Origin: Glycera tridactyla
Lineage: Eukaryota
Assembly: GCA_965644265.1 (NCBI GenBank)
Contig: OZ286469.1
Coordinates: 87,544,001-87,608,000 of the forward strand
Reading direction: 5' to 3'
Length of the DNA: 64,000 nucleotides
Shown: in pieces, positions 13,295 to 26,732 of the stretch
Position numbering within the stretch: position 1 is the stretch's first letter
How the letters are laid out: the number at the start of each line of letters is the position of its first letter
The notes under the pieces: model-generated
The model's database searches: none
The model's input: the letters and a program-made list of their open reading frames with translations, nothing else
What the model was told of the DNA's origin: nothing
Position numbers and translations under genes: made by a program

Positions 13295-13439
13295 TAGTCA
13301 AACCTCCTCTAAAGACCACCTCTCTATAAAGACCACCCGGAGTTGCGACCGTGGTAGTATTTTCAACAGTAGATGACATCTCTATAAAGACCCCTTTTTT
13401 TATGCGACCTAGGGCGGTCTTTATAGGGAGGTTCGACTG
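13295..13439. mobile_element. Tc1/mariner-like MITE, family B
   Basis: Ends TAGTCAAACC and GGTTCGACTG|TA; diagnostic core gcgaccgt...tattttcaacagta.atgac.tctctataaagac. Confidence 0.75.
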
Positions 13440-14654
13440 TACCATGCATGGAGTAGGAAATTAAATCCTTACACTAACTTATTACTTCAATCATTCCCAG
13501 ACAGGTGGTGGATTTTCTATCTGCCTTCTCTTCAAATTGAAGACAGAATCAGGGTGACAGACCTTCACATACGATAGCAAGTCAATCCAATTGCCTTGCC
13601 CAACCACAAAACCATCTGTTTGTGCAAATAAGGCAGGCCTTAGCATAAAACCTGAGAACTATAGTTCCCTGTTTCAGATGGTCTAAAGAAAGTTAAGACT
13701 TGCAAAAAATCAGGGATTTGTGGGTCACCCTCATCAAGACTATAATCATTATTCCTATCACCACTCCCAAAATCAATGGCGAATTGTAAAAGTGACAAGG
13801 CAAACTGTCGCTCCAAGCGCAAGCACACAGCCAAACGCCAGCCCTGTTTATAAACAAGGACATACACTGCCTAGAGCACTGATCAAACAACCAGACAACA
13901 TGAATGATGTGACCCCATCATAAGATCCTATCAAGCAGATCGCAGGCCTCAGACCCAATCGATAGCCAATCGATATGGTGATCAACTTGTGCATGGATGA
14001 TTTGTCTGGTGCCTATACGAGAGGCAACATGGTAAGTCAGATACCATCAACAATCCAATATAGTACAGCCAATATTGGTGGAAAGGCAGTAATATCAAAG
14101 TTGATATATCAGACTAAGATGATTGCAACATCATTGCGGACACAGCCGATGGTAAATTTACCATGGAGTTTCAAGGATTTTTCTGGTAGCCCGAGGCCCT
14201 TGGGGCACATTCATGCTGTTTCCTGTGCCCTCAATCATGCCATCTCATCAATGTATGCAGAATAGCACGTGATACAGGGTCAGGATATCTGTACAGTCCA
14301 CTGAATCAGTGAAGTTTATTTGCAGTGCCATCGCGCCATTGGCGTCTTACATAATGATATGGGCGCACTAACAAATAGCTCCATGGGCCCTCCTGGGCGC
14401 GCCATTAATTTTGTCAATAAACTAGCAGTGACTATACTCAAAGACAACGTTTGTTGGGAGGGGCATTCTACAGGGTCAAAGAAAGTAATCCCTATTAATG
14501 ACCCCCTACCGACTGATGACTGGGATAATACCACAACATCAAGAGACAGTTCCGGTTCACCCTTGCCTGATGTGGGGGGGGGGGGGGGGGGTATCCTGGG
14601 ATGAGCAAATGGGGTCCATGTGTGTGCTTGAGATGGCCTCCCAACTGGCCCTTG

Positions 14655-14820
14655 CAGGTAGATTTCCAAGGTTGACAGAATTATTTTGAAACCTACCTGC
14701 TCAGTGGACAGGTGGAAAATGATAAATTTGATGAACACATAATGGAGGCATCCTGAATTTTGAAGAGGCAGGTAGATCTGAAAATGTAACTGCTAACCAG
14801 GCAGGTGGATAATTTTGATG
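14655..14820. repeat. Dispersed repeat, second copy at ~27540-27690
   Basis: Shared gta.atttccaagg...attttgaa...cacctgc...gtggac.ggtggaaaa...acataatgg.g...ctgaattttga.gaggcaggt.gat. Confidence 0.6.
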
Positions 14821-15716
14821 CCATTCCTCTGTGTACATATGTGTGTGTGCATGGTGGTTGGTAGTGGGTGTGTCGTGAAAAACAGTTGTTTTCACGAACC
14901 TGGAAATGGCTCACAGAATTCCGAAAATGGCCCATTGAATCCTGAAAATGGCCCACTGTTTTTCTGCTGAGCGGGCCATTGGCCCGCTCAATTTTTGGGC
15001 CAGAAACATCGCTGCTGAATGGTCTAGCACTAGTCAATGGTCTCCGATCAGAGGTGGCCTCTCATTAGAGATAGATTTGACTATGTCAAATAGAAAAGCT
15101 GCCCTGTGAAAGCGGTCTCCTGTCAGAGGTGGTCTCTCACACCGATCTCCCGATGCAGGTTTCACAAGAGACTACCCCTCCAATATGCAGTTTCTGTAGG
15201 AGTATTTTGGAAGACTTTAATTTTTCTGACATATTCAAATATAAATCTGACAAAGAGACCACCAATGTTGTCTCTCATCACAGTTTTCACTGCACACCAA
15301 AGTTTTCAGGCACAACTTGGTGGAATTCATCTTGCCTCTAGCAGTCATGTCACCCAGGAATAAAGTAAAGTGGTTCACCATCATCAGAGCCCATCTATTG
15401 GGTGATATGTTCAGGGCTCACTTACAGCGGACCCTCAGGGCAGGTGAACAATCAGTAATCAGCAGGTTGTAGTCCAATATCCGGTTATACGATCATGATC
15501 ATGTTCATATGAGCACATTATTTATTAATTCAGCTTTGGTCACAATTAATCTAATCCAGGTCCACAATTTGCAAGCGGCTGCCAGGGCTGATATGGAATA
15601 ATGGGATAATTCACATCAAATGCTCAATTATGGGACTGAACCTATATCCTCTCACTGGGGTATGTTGCATAGTAATCGGATTTACATCAGTTCTGGAGTG
15701 TATGGAACTCCAGGTA

Positions 15717-15899
15717 CAGTAAAACCTGTCTTGGGAGACACCCCAAATGCCTACAAAAAGTGGTCCCTCAAGACAGGTGGTTTCTCATTGGAGGTATATT
15801 TGCCTATGTCAAAAAGAGAAGAGCCAATGCAGCTACATAGCAGTCTCCCATTAGAGGGTGGTCTCCCATTAGAGGGGTCTCCCAAGACAGGTTTCACTG
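15717..15899. mobile_element. Tc1/mariner-like MITE with TA TSD
   Basis: 23-bp TIR CAGT(A/G)AAACCTGTCTTGGGAGAC with one mismatch; TA on both sides. Confidence 0.85.
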
Positions 15900-18800
15900 T
15901 ATAGACTTCCCACATGAGGAGCTCTAGCAAATCATCTATCTTCAGGGCTCTCAACTGCTTTTTCAAGCTGTACTTTTGGTAGGTGAAGTGAACTACCCGG
16001 CCAACATTTTAACCTGCCGACCTGAATATAATCATGGAGGAGCATCTATAGGCCATATCTATCCCTTCATGGTATAATCAAAATGGTTACGTAACTGTCA
16101 GATAGGCAGAATAATGAAATTACTCATCCAAATCAAATTGTTTGTGCCAGTAGGACAGGCCTTAGAATTGCTCCAATGAACACCTCTGTGTAAAGACCAC
16201 ATACATGAGATCCACTTTGCTTCAGAAACCACCTGCAAAGGTGACTTTTTCACATGACTGACAGCAGTCTTTTTGGACAGGTTCAAGCATACCAGATCAT
16301 GTGTGCTATTTTGCTGGGCAGGCATATGGTACTGTCTCTAAAGGTGGTGATCAAATGCTCTCAGAGGGCCAAATTTTAAACTTCATTTTTTTCAATAAAC
16401 TTCCATCAGGTGTTGGTACCCTTAGCATGGGACATCAGGTTCTGGTCATAGGAGCACTGAATCCCTGTATCCCTCAAACATATACAAGCAATTATCAAAA
16501 GTTCGGTGTTGTAACACTTTTTGCCAGTTTGGCAAAAACCAGTTGTGCAAGCTTCAATTATGCATTGAGCTGGTCACTAATTGGATACATTGTAACTTGG
16601 TGTCATACGCCGACCTTATGATAGAACCAGCTCTGTTAAGAGATTTTCTGCCTGAATGCACGCAATTAAAGAAATCTGGTGTTGTAACAGGACAGAGTAG
16701 CTTTGATTGGGTATAAAAAATAGAAAAAAGCTACCGAGGCAATCATAATACTACATCAGTATGTGCATAGAAGTACTGCTAATTTTGAAGTACAGACTTA
16801 CCATCCAGTTTCTAATGGAAACTGGTGAGCCCCACTGCAAGATCACGTCCTAGTTACAACACATATGTTATTTTCACATCTTGCTTTGTTGTAAGAGTCC
16901 CTCTTACTGGTTCCTCCATATTTCTTCCTGTTCTCTTCTCTCTGGATGATATCATCAATGATATATCACTTCTGTGATCAATCCAGGCACAGAGATCAGA
17001 AAAACCCACATGAAATCATTATAAAAATCAAGTAGTATGGTGTTGTAACTGGACAGTGCCATATCTGCCACATTTCATTGCATGTTACACCAGAAATCTG
17101 TCATATATCATCCCTAAGATATCATTCAATCAATCATGAGGTCAGATTGTTGAGAAATGGCTGTTTCAATACAGAGAAGGGGTTAAGGTCTGTTTTGTAA
17201 ACAGGACAGTCCAGGTTACAACCGGTGTTGTAACACAGGACATATTTGGACACCTTATTGATATAGTGTGATAAAATATTTTGTTTATCAGTGCTCTGAT
17301 TCTCTTTTGCTTTTAACACATATATGGCATTGAAAAGAAAAGGAATGTGTAAGACATGTATGTTACATGAATTTGGTTCCATGGATTGGACAGGGGGTCA
17401 AATTTTGGTGTTGTAACCAAAAAAAATAGGACATTATGTTTGAAATCATCTCAATCGGAATATAAACAGAATTTTGGCCTGATTTCTTTAATTCATTCAA
17501 GATGGGTGATTATCTTGATGAAGGATACTTTGTTGGCTGAATATCATTTGCCCAAAATACCAGGTGGAATGCCACTGGTGTTGTAACAACAATACCCAAA
17601 TTAGTTACAACACCTTCAATCACTGATATTTTCCAGATGAAGGGTTTTGCAGGAGCACAGGTAGTGAATATGTGTAGACATGATGGTTTTCTTTCATTTG
17701 ACACTAAATTTGGGGGGTTGTATTGTTCTGATGCCAGGATATGATTTTTTCAAATACAAAAGTTGAAGATTGTTCCTCAAAATAGGCAATTTTAGGGTAA
17801 TTTCTGCACTTTGACTTCTGATAAATGATAGTTTCCATCGAGATATTACCTTGAAATTCAGGCATATGACTGAGAAATATGTTCTGTCATATTTAGTGAA
17901 GAGTTGGTGCAATTATATTCTCATGGTTTGTAATGGCAGCTGTTTAAATGATTAGGACATTTCATCATAGGCGCGATCACCACCTTTAGAGACAGTACCA
18001 TATATTATAAATGTAGGCAGATTAACTGCGAGGGCAGGTAATTCAATTAGTGTGCCTGTCTCAAGGGCAGGTCCATATCCTCGATTAAGCCTTAAATCCT
18101 ACATGGGGGGGGGGGGGGGCAGAAAACTCAGGTAAAAATCACGAACCACCTGCTTGAAGGGAACCTTGCATCGCCATTTCTGGAGAACCTTGAACAATGA
18201 TGAATGTGTAGCAAGTCATTTTCTGAATGCTGCTCAGAAAATGGCATTTGGAGGGGGGGTGGGGGGTGGGGGGGGGGGGGGGGGTTGAGATGGTGCTCGA
18301 GTGCTGCTATAATATGAAGGTTACAGCTATATTCAGCATTTTTGTACACCCCATGCCAGACATGCTGGTTGATTCTGACGCCTTGTATATTGATCCCCAC
18401 CCATCCCCACCCACCCACCTCAGCTGATGTAGTCAGACACTCACTCACTCAAACACACACTCCGGCATCCCTGGTGTATTGATTTTGCTACAATATAATC
18501 TCATCATTGTTTGATGGCTGCCTCCACCTCGCTTGGTGCATGCCAACTTTCTTGATGAAAGTTCCTCGATGAATCTACTACGCAGTTAGCCAGCTGGTAA
18601 TGAGACGCTGCCACTGCTGCAGCTACTGCTGCTCTAGTCGGCAGTGGCGCTAGCCATTAGCCAGTTAGCCAGGGGCTAAAGAAACATGGTCTCATAAAGC
18701 TCATGTAGTCATGAAAAATCTGTGAAATCATTATGAAAATTGAGGGTGTTGGATGGGCTGAGATCAATGAAAAGGTTGGTTGAAACCAAACATACGAATC

Positions 18801-19435
18801 GACTGAGTGCCAGACAAACTTAGCATTGCTAATCAGATGAATCATTTCTATTCCACTAGCAATACATCACCATGGATTCACTTCATGAAACAGGTCCCTA
18901 CAATAGCATCACCTATCTATCGGGCAGGTGAAGTGGAATTTTCACTTGCCCTCCAATTTTTTTACCCTATCCTGCATAAGACTACAGGATGGTTATGTAC
19001 CTGTCCAGAATGATGAAATTCCTGCCTTTCATACTAAATCTGCCTGTTTGTGCCAGTGGGGCAAGCCTTAACAGAGCCATGTTGAATTTAGGGCAAAAAA
19101 ATGTAGTTTCAAAGTCCGTAATCATCCTCCAAACACATATTATTACGAGTATAAGATTGGTACCGTCTATCAGAGGGATGAGGGCCGGTGATGAATTAAA
19201 GCTGTGTGCCTAATGCAAGTTCAAGCTCAACATAGATGCATCATGGTGAAAAATACATGACTGATAGCCAAGGAGGGTGTGAAAAATGCATCAGACTGCT
19301 GGAATGAATCAATCCTGAACGATTCCGATCAAGCTGGGTCTACCAGATGAGGGTAACTTTAGCCTTACATTAATTGGCTAACCCCACCCTAGTCTCCGGC
19401 CAGATGTGGTTTCTTGTCAGGAATTTCTGGCCCAT

Positions 19436-19629
19436 CAAGGCTCCACATTGGACAAAATATTTAGGTGCCAGCTTAACCTTAAGTTGATATTATTGGTAGC
19501 TAAATACTGGTAGCCAATTACAACAGCACAAAATTTTGGGGGTGGTTGGCTACTAACTTTTCATATATGGTAACCTGAGAGTAGATTTAGTAGCCATTGG
19601 CTACCCACGAGTAGCAATGTAGAGCCTTG
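19436..19629. mobile_element. hAT-like MITE, CAGGGCTCTACATT family (related ends at ~11870-11958, 48150, 60628, 61377-62707)
   Basis: TIR CAAGGCTCCACATTG / CAATGTAGAGCCTTG (14/15) with internal ggtagcca/tggctacc motifs; no TSD found. Confidence 0.6.
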
Positions 19630-20389
19630 CCTGAGGGTTCATCATGAACCCTGGCCAAACCCTTCATCAATTTGCATCTAGTTTACTAACAAAATTGTCC
19701 ATGTTCATTGATGCATCAAACACGGATGATGTTCTATGAAGTAATGGGTGGATTCAAGAGGATGATTTGAGAGAACTTCCACCAAGCCAGTTTGCTGGAA
19801 ATGCGGGGAGGGGGTCTTCAGCTAAATGACAGAACCTCCAGCTGAGATGTGATTGGCTCACGACCAAGACCAAAAACCCTGAAAACCAGACTGGAGGCAT
19901 TTTCATCAGGACAAGATTATGCAGACCAACAAGCTCCAAAACCAATTGACTAATGGCTCCTATAACTCAATACTCCCTCCACTAATCCTAGTCCGTTTCT
20001 CATCATCTAAGAGCCAAAATAATCATCATAAAATGCTCTTTTCTGTCATTTACATAAATTGCAGTCAAAAACTCTGAAATCCATGGATCCGCGGAACAAT
20101 CTCATCCATGCATTAGCCTGTGGCTATTTGGCTACTGCTCACTGAGGAAGTTGGTATATTAATGGGATATGGAGTGAAGGGGGTTAGCCTAGTGAAGGGT
20201 GAGTCATTCACCCACAACCAGCAGAACATATGCACGCTCATTAGGTATTCCCACCACAAGTCAGAACAAGAACAACATGATGCAAGGCATCATATTCGCC
20301 CGCAAAAATATCTATCCATACAGGAATACAGGAAAGAGTCCTTCGGGCCATCAGTCCTTCTGTCCGTCAGTCAGTCAGTCCTGCAGTTC

Positions 20390-21015
20390 ATCTAATAGTC
20401 AGTCCTTTCCCCCTTTTTCTTCCTTCCTTTCTCCCTTCGATCCATCCACCTATCAATTTTTCCATCCATCCATTCTCCCATCTATCCATTCCCCCATCCA
20501 TCCATTCTTCCATCTATCCATCCATCCTTCCTTCCTTCCCTCCATTCATCCNNNNNNNNNNNNNNNNNNNNNNNNNNNNNNNNNNNNNNNNNNNNNNNNN
20601 NNNNNNNNNNNNNNNNNNNNNNNNNNNNNNNNNNNNNNNNNNNNNNNNNNNNNNNNNNNNNNNNNNNNNNNNNNNNNNNNNNNNNNNNNNNNNNNNNNNN
20701 NNNNNNNNNNNNNNNNNNNNNNNNNNNNNNNNNNNNNNNNNNNNNNNNNNNNNNNNNNNNNNNNNNNNNNNNNNNNNNNNNNNNNNNNNNNNNNNNNNNN
20801 NNNNNNNNNNNNNNNNNNNNNNNNNNNNNNNNNNNNNNNNNNNNNNNNNNNNNNNNNNNNNNNNNNNNNNTTCCTTCCTCTCTTCCCTCAATCCATTCAT
20901 CCATCCACGCATCCATCCATCTATACACCCATCCTTTCTTCCTTTAATCCATCCATTCTCCCATCCACCCATTCTTCCATCCGTCCACCCATCCATTCTC
21001 CCATCCACCCATCTA
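20390..21015. repeat. (CCAT)n/(CCTT)n microsatellite spanning an assembly gap (20552-20870)
   Basis: Visible repeat on both sides of the N run. Confidence 0.9.
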
Positions 21016-22431
21016 CCAGTTTACTCCATTCAGGAGAGTCAGCAAGATTGCTCCACCTTTATATGTATCACAGAGGATAGTCCTACTGCCTCCTGGCCTC
21101 AATCACCGAGGCTGCATCCTGCCTATGCTAAAAGAGCCAGGGGGACTCCACTGATGCAGTCAATCGCTGCCTCCAGCTCCATGTGTTATGGCCGCGCCCG
21201 TGACCCAGAATCAACCCCGTATTATAGATCGCCCGCCTCCAGGGCGGGCGACAACAAGTCTCTTCTTCAAGATAGATCAAATTTCTTCAGCAGCCAAGGA
21301 ACTTACATTACCACTGCCCCCCCCCCCCCCCCCCCAACTGCTTCACAATTCACCACATTCTAGGCTACCAAGGCTGGCCAGCATGTGGACGAACCCAGGA
21401 TTTTCCAACCGGAGTAGTTTAACTGGCACTTTTCAACCTTAAGAGTGGTGAACCTAAAGATGGCAAATCTACGTAACTGGCTGCAAGCTGAAATTCAAGC
21501 CTGATAGCGATGATCTTATTTTAAGCAAAGCCCAGTGGGCATGGGACATTTACTTTAAAAGTGTTGCTAATGTGGATGATGTGGTCTAGGTGTAGCATCA
21601 TCCCATCTCATTTTATCAATAGAGAACCAGATTGGTTGTTGTGCAGGAGTAGTTGACAGTTCAGACACAACTCTATAGGCCTATTATGAACCTGAATATA
21701 TAAATATATTTGGGTGTGGGAGTAAAACCAGCAGTGAAGCCAACAGAGTGACAGTCAGAGTCATTACACAAGGAAAACAAACTCTAACCATTTCTAACCA
21801 GCTTGAGGTGAAAGTACGTAGCAGGGGTGAAGCAATACAGTAGCTCCATGTAAGAGATACCAGCAAAGCAATCACTTGTGTAAACAAATGAAGCCATGAA
21901 GGGGCAAACACTAGTACTGTAACCCTGTAACAAAACCAGCAGCGCCTGCAAAACTGAGAATTCAACCCCCTCCCATCCATATCCACATTATTGTACCTCA
22001 GGAAACTGGCACTGGACTTGGAACTAAGACAAGTCAGCCTCTCCATATGACTGGGAGCAGACTGATAGGTCAACTAGATCAATCAATTCATCACTTTCCC
22101 AAGGACGCCAGTTCCTTTAATGAAAGAAAATAGCAGCGGTGCCAATTCTGAAGTGTAGCAGTGCATGTAATAGCAAGGTGATAAGAAAAATCTTGATTTT
22201 GCGGAGTAGCATCACTCATAAAATTCAAGAATGTGGGCCTGAAACAAGTGGTCCCAACTCAAAAATCATAAAGGTCGGCATATCTGCTTTCTAGCATCAA
22301 TTCACAGATGAACTCATGTCTTCCCACTTCTTAAGTCATGTCAGTTACTCACGCCCCCCCCCCTCCCGCCATCCAAAACAATTAATCAAAATGAATCCTA
22401 ATCATTCATTCCTCACTACATGTACCAACTA

Positions 22432-22546
22432 CAGTGAAACCTGCGACGAGAGACTGCCTTAAATGTCATTAAAATGCAGACTTTATAACGCTACCCTGGA
22501 AAAGCAATTTCTCATCAGAGGTGGTCTCTCATCGCAGGTTTCTCTG
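22432..22546. mobile_element. Tc1/mariner-like MITE, family A
   Basis: TA|CAGTGAAACCTGCGACGAGAGAC ... GTCTCTCATCGCAGGTTTCTCTG|TA. Confidence 0.8.
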
Positions 22547-23588
22547 TACTAGCAGTACTTACAGGATACCCTACATCCTCTCAAGTATGGGATATTTGAG
22601 CTTCCCATCTCTGGAGCCAGGTCAAACGACAGTACATGAATGCCCGGAAGTGAATATTTGTATATCATATTCCACACTACAATGTGTTCAACTAAAGAAC
22701 AGCTCCTTAAGTCACAACATCTAAATAACGCACAGACATCTCCAAGTGAACTGAACCACAGAGCAAGTGAACAGGACCTTACCAGGAAGGAAATGGGAAC
22801 AGGAAAAAGTAGTTCTTGTGCACAATATCAGAAATATACTAGCAGACACCAGATAACTATGTATGATCTCACGCAATCAACATCAATATTATTATCTTGT
22901 AATAATGATATATTTGATAGCCAGCTTCAGATACTAGAAACCAGCCTAATCATAGCTCATCTAGGTATGGTATATCATCGTGGTATTCATCATATTACCC
23001 AATCCCACTCACCTCCACCACTAGGGCACCAATCGATAATCAATAGATGCAGATAAACGGAAATATAATCCACTGATGACCTGAAGTCTCAGCAGAACAC
23101 TATTCACGATGGTCAGCTGTATTGTAGGTGGTACTGGTGTAATATCACATCAAGTGCACTAGTATAGAGCCTGCCCAGTCAAAATGCAAGCTTCCGCAAA
23201 CATCACATCGTGAAGATCCAATCACATCATGTCACTGTGTGATGAAACACCGGCAGGCAGATACGAGAGAAGACTGGGATGGTTGATTCATATAGCTGAC
23301 CCTGCAGATCCTTTCGTTCTGCTGGTGCCAGTCAATTTTCTCCTGGTGCCTGCTACTCGATTGCCACAGACTGGTTGGCAACTCCCACTCTACGCCAGTG
23401 ACTGGTGCACTTGTATGTGTGTGTGCATGTGTGTGTGCATGCGTGTGTAGTTGACTGGATGGTGCAGCGTGGCTTCAGCCACAACATCCCCGCCCACTCT
23501 CTCGTAGCACCAACACAACATATACACACACACACAGACGGCAGACACATGAGGCCTGATTGGAGAGGCAGCTCCGCTGAATACTAGA

Positions 23589-23785
23589 CTCAATCAATAG
23601 GGCCAGTAGCTGCAAGTGAGGCGCAATCATCAACCTGCACCTGGGCCAGCAGCGCTGGAGGCTACACCGCCAGTGCCAGCATCATGCTAGCCTCAATCAA
23701 TCAGACCACAAGCTGCAAGTGAAGCAGTACCATCAACCTGCACCTGGGCCAGCAGTGCTGGAGGCTGTGCCAATGCCAGCATCAC
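23589..23785. repeat. Local tandem duplication, ~103-bp unit
   Basis: agctgcaagtga...catcaacctgcacctgggccagcag.gctggaggct at 23608 and 23711. Confidence 0.85.
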
Positions 23786-24270
23786 ATAAGTCTGCCAACA
23801 GCTTACATCACCTACCATCAAACCACACAAAATGACCATGAACTTGTAGAAAATATATCTATCGAAACCAACCCAAATTTCACGCTATACTGAGCATTCA
23901 TCTCCCATAGAGGGTAAACCTCATGCTATATTATGCATTTTACAAAAATAATCATCCCTGATTACTCCAAACTCATTTCAATGTTGATTCCTTTGCCTCC
24001 TATACAGCAGGCCAACAAGCAATGCTGCCAATGCTACACACAGGCTGTGGCTCTTGCCTGTTAGCAACATAACCAGTGCTAAAATCCTCGTAAAACCCCA
24101 GGCAAGATGGGCCATCCCACCTCCACCCAAGGGACAGACCTCGGCACCTAGAGCTGCCAGGGGATGTGACAGTCACTGATAAATCAACTCATCTTGAAAG
24201 TAGCTGATGCCAGCCTGCTTTATATTCCACCTCCTAAGTACTAAAACAGAGTGTATATAGTGAAAGCTGC

Positions 24271-25296
24271 TATGATGAAATCCTGTCTACAGTGAAAAGA
24301 AAAATCTGGCCCGAACGTTTTTTTCCGTCGGAGACGGTACTATTTTCACTTTGGGATTCCCACTCAATCTAGACATTACTATCGTCCATTTTGTGGAGCA
24401 ATTTGACGGAAATTGACATCGTTCAACGCACACAATGTGGGAACGACCATTTGTCAACGGTTGGTATAGAATCATCAGAATCATACTGAAACTGTTTGCG
24501 AAATGTGTGAGAAACCTTAGTTTTCGCGCGAAATATAGCTAAATCTTGATATTGTCGATAAATGACTGTGTGAGAACGTTTGAAACGAAAAATCTGTTAT
24601 TAAAAGCAACGCATGGCGGATAAAGAGAGTGCCCTTACCAGGGAAACCCCTACGTGACGTCATTACAGTGGCAAACATGGCGCACAGGGAAGAAGTTGCC
24701 ATTCGATCGAGAGTTCACTGTTTTTGGCGAGTATACGACGGATTCACGCAATTTATACATGGGTTATACACAGCTGGATATGAAAAACTTCCTTTCATCA
24801 TCTAGACAAGTCATAATATGCGTATTCGCTGGTAAGTCGCTATTGCTCTCGCCGCATGCTATCTACTATAAACGTGTGTGCGCACGCTCCTCTCAGTGTC
24901 AACGTCAGGTCTGTCTCTCTCTCCCCCCTCTCTGTCTCTCTCTGCCTCTGCCTCTCTGTCTCTCTGTCTCTCCCTCTCTCTCTCACCGTCTAAGCGTTGA
25001 TGATGTTTCTCGCTGCTTGCCATTCACGCCGCCAAAACATGCTGATATATTCACGCACTTATTCAACACAGTCTGTCTGTCTCTGTCTCTGTCTCTGTCT
25101 CTCTCTCTGTCTCTCTCCCTGCTTCTTGCATTTCCCCTTTTAAATTACCACCTCTACGCTGTAAATCAACGACCATTCTTCTTTTTGAAGAAATTTCTTG
25201 TTTTCACTATAATTGACCTGTACATAGTAAAATCCTGTTTACAGTGGAGAGAAAAATCTGGCCTGTGACTTCTCACTATAGACAGGTTTTACTGTA
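24271..25296. mobile_element. Composite TIR element with CpG-rich, promoter-like interior
   Basis: The left-end motif gaaatcctgtctacagtga..agaaaaatctggcc is repeated at ~25228; the right TIR is tcactatagacaggttttactg|ta. The interior has TGACGTCA (24655), AACATGGCG (24674) and a (CT)n tract. Confidence 0.5.
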
Positions 25297-25658
25297 TATG
25301 AACCAGTACTAGCAGGAATGCCAATGTAGGGAGTGTAGCAAGAGGTACTGTGGAGCTATCAGCAGAATAAATGCAGGTAATTTGAACTGGGTGTTATATG
25401 ATCTATATAGGGCTCCATGGGACTTCAACTCACACTATATGTAATGATCCTATACATAGCAATGGGACATATCAAGATGGCGGACTGCACCATGGTGTAT
25501 GTGAGGAAGTAGGTCGAGTGATTACCTCTGATCCAGAAGCAGATTACCCCCATTACTGCGTGCAATCTGCGATTACCAACCATTGCAGAATGCTGAATCT
25601 TCAAATCTGCACCCAACCCATAATTTGTGGAATACAGTCAAACCTGTGATAAGAGGTA

Positions 25659-25818
25659 CGGTCGAACCTGCTCTAAAGACCACCTCTCTATAAAGACCGC
25701 CTGAGCTGCGACCGTGGTAGTATTTTCAACATTAAATGACCTCTCTGTAAAGACCACTTGCCCATAAAGACTGCTTTTTGATGCGACCGAAGGCGGCCTT
25801 TATAGACAGGTTCGACTA
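25659..25818. mobile_element. Tc1/mariner-like MITE, family B
   Basis: TA|CGGTCGAACC ... GGTTCGACTA|TA with the family-B core. Confidence 0.78.
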
Positions 25819-26576
25819 TACATGTACATATCTAAACCACTAGCTAGAGCAGCGACTAAGATATATTGGTTGGTTGGCATGGGCCAAATCATAACACACA
25901 CAAAACTGCCCAACCCCATAATGATACTACTGCCAGGTATGTGACCCCATTTTGAAGTAGGTCACCGTGTAGCTGTCAGAAGACAACCAGATATGGAATG
26001 AGCATGTCAAATGACAATTATGGCGAATATAACAAAAATACTGGCAAAATAAACCACATCTGATTCAAACCCTGCCTGGACTAGAAGAAGAGCTGACTCC
26101 TGATTGCTAGGGAACCAAATCAAATATCTAGGTGTTATGTTCCTATGGGCAAGTGAATTCAAATAAGAATACAAGAGAAGTGACTTGAAAATAGGACCTG
26201 TGTAGGGATAATTTTGCGCTGTGCCCTGTGGCAAATGGCACATAAAGTTGTGAAAGGGAACATTAGACCATATATCTTGTGCCCAGAAGGCACACTGAAT
26301 TTTCCATACTTCGATATGATTACATGGGTTGAGGCACACACAAATCCGAAATGGCACATGAAATCTGCATCAATGTGCCCGAAAGACCCATACATACTCC
26401 CGAGCAAAAAAATCCCTGCTGTGTGCTCATGCACTTTTTCAGTGATAGAAATCATGTCAGAGACATATTTCCAGATTGTACTGGCAACAGGTCCATGAAA
26501 TGTGTTCCAAACGCCCAATTTTTTTGTGTGGCTTGTATGGGATTCGAACCATCAACCTTCCAGTTTGGCACCCTCA

Positions 26577-26613
<37 letters not shown>

Positions 26614-26689
26614 CTCTCTCTTCAGGCAGAGAGGATCAATGTAGATCTGGCAAGGAGCCAGAAGATGAGGTTTTCATCAATACAGGCTA

Positions 26690-26732
<43 letters not shown>

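Noticed and set aside
13128-13445. ORFs overlapping MITEs (also 53436..53855, 63365..63682, 29420..29887, 24654..25268)
   Set aside because: Translations of short palindromic repeats; no transposase DDE or other domain visible.
20199-21080. Long ORFs here and at 37378-37730 and 49134-49993
   Set aside because: Open only because they run through N gaps and microsatellites.
25410-25510. Possible second exon (GLHGTSTHTICND...) for the 24832 donor
   Set aside because: The phase fits, but the acceptor has no pyrimidine tract and the peptide matches nothing I recognise.
26525-26560. tRNA-like GGTTCGAATCC B-box on the minus strand (also ~5983 and ~33863)
   Set aside because: No A-box or cloverleaf; at most decayed SINE fragments, not tRNA genes.
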